DNA of 64,000 nt from an uncultured Verrucomicrobiae bacterium (GTDB lineage: Bacteria; Verrucomicrobiota; Verrucomicrobiia; Limisphaerales; UBA11358). This document shows positions 47,166 through 53,433 of the stretch, one piece after another (within the stretch, counting starts at the first letter, position 1; each line of letters starts with the position of its first letter). The translations under genes and the position numbers were made by a program. The notes beneath the pieces were generated by a model that worked only from the letters and a program-made list of their open reading frames with translations, searched no databases and was not told where the DNA came from. Location of the stretch: contig CAVYLE010000008.1 in the NCBI GenBank assembly GCA_963769285.1, positions 9,723-73,722 of the forward strand. The letters are read 5' to 3'.

Positions 47166-47864
47166 TTATGCTGTGCGGTTCTTGCGCAGAATCCGCAGCG
47201 TGCTTGCCCCAAAAGGCAGCAGCAGCAACGCGCCGGCAATCATTGTGGTAACCTCAGGAATTTGTTCGAACGATTGTTCAATTTGAGAAACAGTAACGAA
47301 ACCGCCATTGACGATACCAAAACCAATGTCTTTGGTTATAATCAGCGTTTGTTGAGGAGGAATGATTGACAAAATGTCACCTGCCTCTGCAAAAGGATCG
47401 CTAAGGTCAGTCGCGCTCAGAGCGCTGTGACCGATGGCCGTCACACTCCCTGGAACGTAAGCATTTTCGACAATCGAAAGGTATGCTCCCCCCGCTGGCT
47501 GTGCACTGCCCGTATAACTTTGGTCAATCGCAATGATTTTCCCGGGGTTCGCTGTTACGGTGTAGCCGAGCAAAAGATCCGCAGTAGCCGGCCCGCCACT
47601 TACGAGGCTGATATTTCCTCCCCACGTGAGGGTATAATAATCAGGAGTCACTTCCGTCGCTGTAACTAAAATATTGGCGGCACTAAACGTAGTCAAGCCA
47701 CTCTCGTTGTAGGAGAACCCGCTAAACGTTTTATCGCCAATGCTCAGACTCGCGCCATTCGCAAGGTTAGCCAACGTATCCGTAACAAAACTCGCTTGAG
47801 CTGTTTGTATCATCGCGGCCATGGCTATCACACTAGCCATAGCAATTAGATTTTTTCGTATCAT
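47166..47864 (-). CDS. PEP-CTERM-type protein with a variant PEV motif (paralog of 47922..48611)
   Basis: MIRKNLIAMASVIAMAAMIQTAQA signal. C-terminus IPEVTTMIAGALLLLPFGASTLRILRKNRTA. Body alignable to the upstream paralog. Confidence 0.8.
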   Translation of the reverse strand: MIRKNLIAMASVIAMAAMIQTAQASFVTDTLANLANGASLSIGDKTFSGFSYNESGLTTFSAANILVTATEVTPDYYTLTWGGNISLVSGGPATADLLLGYTVTANPGKIIAIDQSYTGSAQPAGGAYLSIVENAYVPGSVTAIGHSALSATDLSDPFAEAGDILSIIPPQQTLIITKDIGFGIVNGGFVTVSQIEQSFEQIPEVTTMIAGALLLLPFGASTLRILRKNRTA

Positions 47865-47921
47865 ATTTACCTTTCTGTTTACTGATATTCGCTGTTTTTA
47901 TTTTTTCCCGTTGTATAACTT

Positions 47922-48611
47922 TTACGCCGTGCGGTTCTTGCGCAAAATGCGCAGCGTGCTCGCCCCAAACGGCAGCAGCAGCAACGCGCCCGCGATCATC
48001 GTCGTAGGCTCAGGAACCACCTGATGGAACGATTGTGTGACCTGAGAAATAGTAATATAACCCCCGTTTGGAGAAGTCACACCAAAGGCAATGTCTTTGG
48101 TTACATAGAGAACACTCTCCGGAGGAATGATATCGAGAAGATCGGATGCTTCTGCTGGTGGATCGCTCATGTCGCCGACCTGAAGGTGGCTGAATCCGGC
48201 CACCCTCCCGCCAAAAGCTCCAACGGCCGCTGTTTCGTCAACTGCGATCAATCCATTGATGGCACTGCCTGTATAAGCCTGGTCAATCTTATTAATCACC
48301 CCACCATTCGCGGTCACAATATAGTTAAGTACCAAGTCAGCAGTACCAACACCACCAGAAACATAAGATATGTTACCTGACCAAGTAAGATAATCAATCC
48401 CGCCACTTTCAGTCGCTGTGACAATAATTTTGTTGGGATCAAAGGAAGTCAAACCACTGGGGAGATAACTGAAGCCGCTGAAGGTTTTATCGTCAATGGT
48501 GAGAGTCCCACCGGCAGCAAGCTGAGCCAACGTAATGCTCGCTTGAACTGTTGGTATCATCGCCACCATGGTAGTCACGGCGAAGATGACAATTAATCTG
48601 TTTCGTATCAT
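47922..48611 (-). CDS. PEP-CTERM sorting-domain protein (class 1 tail)
   Basis: MIRNRLIVIFAVTTMVAMIPTVQA signal. C-terminus VPEPTTMIAGALLLLPFGASTLRILRKNRTA. Only 57 bp and no hairpin before the next gene. Confidence 0.85.
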   Translation of the reverse strand: MIRNRLIVIFAVTTMVAMIPTVQASITLAQLAAGGTLTIDDKTFSGFSYLPSGLTSFDPNKIIVTATESGGIDYLTWSGNISYVSGGVGTADLVLNYIVTANGGVINKIDQAYTGSAINGLIAVDETAAVGAFGGRVAGFSHLQVGDMSDPPAEASDLLDIIPPESVLYVTKDIAFGVTSPNGGYITISQVTQSFHQVVPEPTTMIAGALLLLPFGASTLRILRKNRTA

Positions 48612-48722
48612 ACGTGTCCCTTACTGACTTACCGTTTTTCCCGTCGTGTGTTTTACGCTGTTAAAATTTCCGGCCTAACTCTTGGTTTATTTTTGATATT
48701 TTTACGCCTTTTCTCTCTGATA

Positions 48723-48762
48723 GTCTATCGCATTTCGGGACATCTTTGCTCACAAATAGGAC
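48723..48762. promoter_or_regulatory. conserved promoter/operator module, copy 3
   Basis: gtctat-N7-cgggacatctttgctcacaaataggac. About 110-150 nt upstream of ATG 48611. Confidence 0.6.
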
Positions 48763-49075
48763 ATTGAGGACATGGACTCTGAGCGGCCCGGACTTTGCTA
48801 AGTTGCATGAAACGGACACACTTTATCACTTTTAGGACATAAGCCCAAATTAAAGCTGAAATCAGGGCCCAGTGAAGTGGTTGAAGACATCACGGGCCTC
48901 GGCCAATGAAGTAGGCAGCCTACTTCACTGGCCAAGGAAAGCAGACCCGCCTGCGTCCAACTTCGGCGCGGCAAGAAGCAGAAATCACAATGAAATCAAA
49001 AGCTGGCAGGACGGGAAAGAGGCGGAGAGCGTGCTGTGTGCGCTGACTGAGCCTTATGACAAATCATTCCAGTCA

Positions 49076-49106
49076 ATTTTGGGACTTTCGTATTCACAAA
49101 CAGGAC
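49076..49106. promoter_or_regulatory. conserved box, copy 4 (flanking hexamer degenerate)
   Basis: attttgggactttcgtattcacaaacaggac. About 130 nt upstream of the plus-strand Gloeo_Verruco gene, in the same absolute orientation as the other copies. Confidence 0.5.
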
Positions 49107-49236
49107 AAAAGACTCGAATAACCTTGCAATTTTGAGCTTCGGTGGCACTATCGCCATGTTTCTAACATTAGAAGGTTTGAAGTACGACGTCCCGGCCCCC
49201 CCAAAGGGTGCTCAAACGCCAAAACGAGAGATTCAA

Positions 49237-50607
49237 ATGATCAAATCGCCCCGAATTCTTATAGTTGGCATCGCTGCCGTGTGGCTGATTCTCCCACGCG
49301 TGGAGGCTGGTGTTTCCCTCACCCCCCTGGTCTCCTTCGGTGGCAGCAACGGCGCCAACCCCGTCGCGGGCTTGGTGCAGGGCAAAGATGGCAATTTTTA
49401 TGGCACAACCACCGTAGGCGGCGCGAACGGCTTTGGTTCGCTGTTCCAATTGACTCTCCCGGGCACGCTCGCCACGTTGATTTCGTTCGATAGAACCAAC
49501 AACGGCGCCAATCCCGGCGCTGCGCTGGTGCAGGGCAGTGACGACGCCTTCTATGGCACGACCGACAATGGCGGCGCGAACGATTACGGCACAATATTCA
49601 AAGTCACGACCAATGGCACGCTGACCACGCTGGTTTCTTTTAATGCCACCAATGGTTCCCAGCCGCACGCGTCCTTGGTGCAGGGCCAGGACGGCAAATT
49701 CTACGGCACGACAGAAACCGGTGGCGCCAACCAGGAGGGCACGGGGTTTCAAATGCTCCCAAATGGGACGCTCACTTCACTCGTCTCGTTCGGTGACAAC
49801 GGCTACAGTCCGCACGCCGGCCTGGTGCAAGCTGCCGATGGCAATTTCTATGGCACCGCATACCTGGGCGGCACGAGCGGCCTTGGCGCGATTTTCCGGA
49901 TCACGACCAACGGCGCGCTCACCATGCTCTACTCCTTCACCGGCGGCAGTGATGGCGCGAAACCTTATGCCGGGCTGACGCAAGGCGCCGATGGCAAGTT
50001 GTATGGCACTACATACTCCGGTGGCGCCAATGGTTATGGCACCGTTTTTAAGATGACCACCAACGGCACACTCACCCCGCTGGCGTCTTTCGGCGGCACG
50101 AATGGCACCCACCCGCAAGCGGCCCTGCTGCTGGCCAGCGATGGCAATTTCTACGGCACGACCAAAAGCGGCGGCGCGTACACGAACGAATCCGTCTCCG
50201 GAGACGGCACGGCATTTAAGCTGACAACCAATGGCACGCTCACGACGTTGATCTCCTTCGATGGGACCAACGGTGCCAATCCACAAGGCGGGCTGGTGCA
50301 GGGTGCCGATGGCAATTTATATGGCACGACTGCCAATGGTGGCGCGAGCGGCGATGGGACCATTTTCCGGCTGGCGTTCCCACCACTGCCGAGTTTTCTT
50401 GCGGTGGAGGAAACGGGCGCCACACTTGCGTTGACCTGGAGCGCGACGACGGGGGAAACTTATCAGATGCTGTACAAGACCAATCTGAATCAGATCAACT
50501 GGAACAATCTCGGCTCGACCATCATCGCGACCAATGCATCCATGACGACGCTCGATGCCACAGGCCCGGACCAGCAACGGTTTTATCGGATCGAGCTGCT
50601 GCACTAA
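49237..50607 (+). CDS. Gloeo_Verruco (GloVer) repeat protein with a C-terminal QRFYR domain
   Basis: ATG 49237 inside ORF 49132..50607. Signal MIKSPRILIVGIAAVWLILPRVEA. Seven units G.NGANP.AGLVQG.DGNFYGTT..GGANG.GT.F..T.NGTLT.L.SF. No PEP-CTERM tail. Confidence 0.85.
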   Translation: MIKSPRILIVGIAAVWLILPRVEAGVSLTPLVSFGGSNGANPVAGLVQGKDGNFYGTTTVGGANGFGSLFQLTLPGTLATLISFDRTNNGANPGAALVQGSDDAFYGTTDNGGANDYGTIFKVTTNGTLTTLVSFNATNGSQPHASLVQGQDGKFYGTTETGGANQEGTGFQMLPNGTLTSLVSFGDNGYSPHAGLVQAADGNFYGTAYLGGTSGLGAIFRITTNGALTMLYSFTGGSDGAKPYAGLTQGADGKLYGTTYSGGANGYGTVFKMTTNGTLTPLASFGGTNGTHPQAALLLASDGNFYGTTKSGGAYTNESVSGDGTAFKLTTNGTLTTLISFDGTNGANPQGGLVQGADGNLYGTTANGGASGDGTIFRLAFPPLPSFLAVEETGATLALTWSATTGETYQMLYKTNLNQINWNNLGSTIIATNASMTTLDATGPDQQRFYRIELLH

Positions 50608-50724
50608 CAGCCCGTTGAAAAACGTCTTCTCTCGCAGCAGCCGAGGTAACGAGGCTCAAATTTCCTTGGAAACAACCATTCATTCAGAGCCGCCTCACGT
50701 CGGCTGTACTTCTTTAACGGGCTG
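50608..50724. repeat. TIR-bounded structured element (family copy B, inverted) directly after the GloVer stop codon
   Basis: cagcccgttgaaaaacgtc...gaggctcaaatttccttggaaac...cttctttaacgggctg. Confidence 0.8.
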
Positions 50725-50839
50725 TTAAGCCTGGACATTTCACTGTCTTTGTAACTGCCGACGTGAGGCGGAGTTGCAGGGGGTGAACCCGGTTGGGTGG
50801 GACACGTCAGTCGAGTTTGTCTCAAAATAATTTCTGGTC

Positions 50840-50912
50840 GGAGGGGCGAGTTACACGAGCCCCATTTTCAGCGGCATTCTATGAGTCAGGGGCTCGTGTA
50901 ACTCGCCCCTCC
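50840..50912. repeat. perfect 24-bp inverted repeat (hairpin) with a 25-nt loop
   Basis: ggaggggcgagttacacgagcccc-N25-ggggctcgtgtaactcgcccctcc. Confidence 0.85.
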
Positions 50913-51025
50913 GATGTCCCGTCCTCTGCGCACCGCGACTGTCAACCGCCGCGTTCTGGTTTTTCCTGATGGCGCTCCCGGAGTGACGTGGCCCCACCTG
51001 GTAGTGGGTTAGTTTGAGCTAAATT

Positions 51026-51133
51026 GGTGGGGCGAGGCTACTGACGAGCCGATTTTGATAGCAGATCCCATCAGTTCCGGCTCGCGAGGATCAGCCTTCG
51101 CCAAGCTACGGCGCGACAGGCGCTCGCCCCACC
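51026..51133. repeat. GGTGGGGCGAG...CTCGCCCCACC element (family copy 3)
   Basis: ggtggggcgaggctactgacgagccg...ccggctcgcgaggatc...cgctcgccccacc. Confidence 0.7.
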
Positions 51134-51221
51134 AAAGTAGTCCACTACTCCTACCGTTGTCGGTTCGTGGGCAAGAGGTATGGGTTTCGAAAACTCGAGG
51201 AATGCAAATGGTCGAACTGCC

Positions 51222-51256
51222 GCAAAAAAATCAGGCCGGCGTTTAAAGCCGGCCTG
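51222..51256 (-). terminator. terminator hairpin after PEP-CTERM gene 5
   Basis: caggccggc-gtttaaa-gccggcctg, followed on the minus strand by ATTTTTTTGCG. Confidence 0.75.
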
Positions 51257-51295
51257 AAGCAACTGAAGCCTGTGAAAAAACCGGGCTGGTCAACT

Positions 51296-52015
51296 TTATG
51301 CCGCGCGATTCCTGCGCAAGATCCGCAGCGTGCTCGCCCCAAACGGCAGCAGCAGCAACGCACCCGCGATCATCGTCGTAGGCTCAGGAACAATAGCCAA
51401 CTGGTCCTGATTGAGTTCATAAGTTTGGCCACTTGGATTCTGGACGTCTGTGTAGTATGCCCCGTTGAAGAGGTTCAGGGCGATCACACCATACGCTCCA
51501 AGGGAATCATTGAAGACGGTCGTGTCGTTCTTGCCTGTCCCAGTTTTAGCAAGGTTATAGTAGTAGGTTCCATCAACACCATTCATAGTGCTCAGTTGGG
51601 CAAAGGTTATTTCATTCTCAAGATACCAAATAGCGTTCTGAACTTGACCCGCTTGTGAAGCGGTCAATGTCCCCAACCCTCCATTCCGGAATTGGCTGTA
51701 AAGATAGGCTGTGCCAATCGAAATATTGTCCATCGGGAGACCCGTGTTCGGATCGATCGCGTCCACACCTGCACCGCCGGCCACAGCACCGGTATTCATT
51801 TTATACTGGTACGTATTCCCTGGGCCAAACTCCTCCTGGTACTCGATGCAGAACGTCTGGAATGTGCCGAGGCCCGTAGTCGCAGCCGTGAACTCACCGC
51901 CGTTACCCCAGGAATAGGCACCCTGAGTCAGGGTAACCGATCCATCGAAACTGGCATACAAGTTGGTTGCGAAGAGAACGCCTGCAATCCCGATTAACGT
52001 AGATAACTTTTTCAT
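51296..52015 (-). CDS. PEP-CTERM sorting-domain protein (class 1 tail)
   Basis: ATG 52015 inside ORF 51296..52081. MKKLSTLIGIAGVLFATNLYA signal. C-terminus VPEPTTMIAGALLLLPFGASTLRILRRNRAA. Confidence 0.85.
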   Translation of the reverse strand: MKKLSTLIGIAGVLFATNLYASFDGSVTLTQGAYSWGNGGEFTAATTGLGTFQTFCIEYQEEFGPGNTYQYKMNTGAVAGGAGVDAIDPNTGLPMDNISIGTAYLYSQFRNGGLGTLTASQAGQVQNAIWYLENEITFAQLSTMNGVDGTYYYNLAKTGTGKNDTTVFNDSLGAYGVIALNLFNGAYYTDVQNPSGQTYELNQDQLAIVPEPTTMIAGALLLLPFGASTLRILRRNRAA

Positions 52016-52116
52016 ATTTTTCTTCTGTTTGATTATTCGCTCGCGCGATGGATTTATAAATTCCAATTCTTTCCGTCTCAAATGTCTTTTCTTTTATATA
52101 CGTTAATCTCGAGCGC

Positions 52117-52157
52117 GTCAATGCCAAAATGGGACATCTTTGTACACTTTTGAGACA
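52117..52157. promoter_or_regulatory. conserved promoter/operator module, copy 5
   Basis: gtcaat-N7-tgggacatctttgtacacttttgagac. About 100-140 nt upstream of ATG 52015. Confidence 0.6.
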
Positions 52158-52212
52158 TGCGGGACATTTGCGACGGGCACCAGTCGCTGCGGTCGGATTA
52201 AAGGGAAGCTGA

Positions 52213-52341
52213 ACGGATTCAAGAGAGCAGAACTTGAAGTGCTATAACGCCCTGATTCGTTACGCAGTCTGCCGGGTGGAAAACTGCGCCGCGCAAGCCG
52301 GCACCGTCCGCTACCTGAAGGCAAAACCTGGAGGTCAGTAA
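52213..52341 (+). pseudogene. relic 3' fragment of a LuxR-type regulator gene
   Basis: 52228-52290 (cagaacttgaagtgctataacgccctgattcgttacgcagtctgc) aligns with the 3' end of the intact regulator (ctgcacttgaagtgcttgaacgcgctgattcgctacgcggtctgc, about 53320-53365). Translation: QNLKCYNALIRYAVC versus LHLKCLNALIRYAVC. Confidence 0.55.
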
Positions 52342-52707
52342 ATTGCCGTCGCCCAAGTCTCAACTGCTCGAACAAGGAATGCAAAATTGACTTTTGACAA
52401 GCCAACCATAACAAATTAAAATGGTGTAAGTTATAAACCGGCTGAAGGTTGGGAGGGCCGGATTACTGTTGCAGGATGTCAAGAGCTACGGAAGCACAAG
52501 CTTCGTCCATCGGGAAACGGACCGCTCATGCTGTCCGCAGCGAATCGGGCGACGGTAAGCTGATTAAATGTTTGGCTGCTGGAAGACGAGCGCGAGTGAA
52601 GTCAAAGCAATTTCCGATTGGGGGATCCCGTCACCTGTGGATGCCATGCAGAGTGCCAAGAATGTAGCTGAAATGAGACGTTCGCTGAAAGCTTGTGAAA
52701 AAACGCT

Positions 52708-53388
52708 ATGGTTGAAACTTTAAAAGGTAAATCCCCATCACCACAAACGATTTTCATCGTGGAGGATCACCCGGTCTTTCGCGAAGGTTTGGCGCAGCTT
52801 GTAAAAGCCGAGCAGGATTTGACTGTATCCGGGCAGGCGGGTGACGCCGCCCAGGCCATCCCGGCCATCGCCCGTCTAAAACCGGATCTGGTGTTGGTGG
52901 ATATCACTCTACCTGGAAAAAGCGGACTGGAATTGATCAAAGAACTTCGGTCCCAAAACAGCCGGATCAAGCTGCTGGTTGTCTCCATGCACGATGAGGC
53001 GCTTTACGCCGACAGGGTCCTGCGAGCCGGCGGTGACGGCTACATCATGAAACAGGAAGATCCGCAGGAGATCATCCGCGCCATTCGGGATGTTCTTGGC
53101 GGACACACCTATGTCAGTGAACAGGTGATGGCAGGCAGATCAACGATTTCCCAGGAGCGCCGCTCCAAGGCGAAAACCCGGCCGCTTGAAAAGCTCACGG
53201 ACTCAGAGATCGAAATCCTGGCATTGCTTGGCCAGGGCAAAGGCAACCTGGAAATCGCCCAACAACTCCACTTAAGTGATGCAACCGTCTCCACTCACTG
53301 CACACAGATCCAAAAAAAGCTGCACTTGAAGTGCTTGAACGCGCTGATTCGCTACGCGGTCTGCTGGGCGGAAACAGGCCCTTCGTAA
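52708..53388 (+). CDS. NarL/LuxR-family response regulator (REC plus HTH)
   Basis: IFIVEDHPVFREGL..DLVLVDITLPGKSGLELI..; LTDSEIEILALLGQGKGNLEIAQQLHLSDATVSTH. Confidence 0.9.
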   Translation: MVETLKGKSPSPQTIFIVEDHPVFREGLAQLVKAEQDLTVSGQAGDAAQAIPAIARLKPDLVLVDITLPGKSGLELIKELRSQNSRIKLLVVSMHDEALYADRVLRAGGDGYIMKQEDPQEIIRAIRDVLGGHTYVSEQVMAGRSTISQERRSKAKTRPLEKLTDSEIEILALLGQGKGNLEIAQQLHLSDATVSTHCTQIQKKLHLKCLNALIRYAVCWAETGPS

Positions 53389-53433
53389 GCCGGGCCTTTC
53401 CGCTCGCGACGTAAAGCCCGTTGCGAATCCACA

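Noticed and set aside
3255-52100. Calling the whole EPS plus surface-protein region a mobile genomic island
   Set aside because: No integrase, transposase, conjugation genes or tRNA-derived direct repeat are visible in the window. Only the weaker boundary observation is reported.
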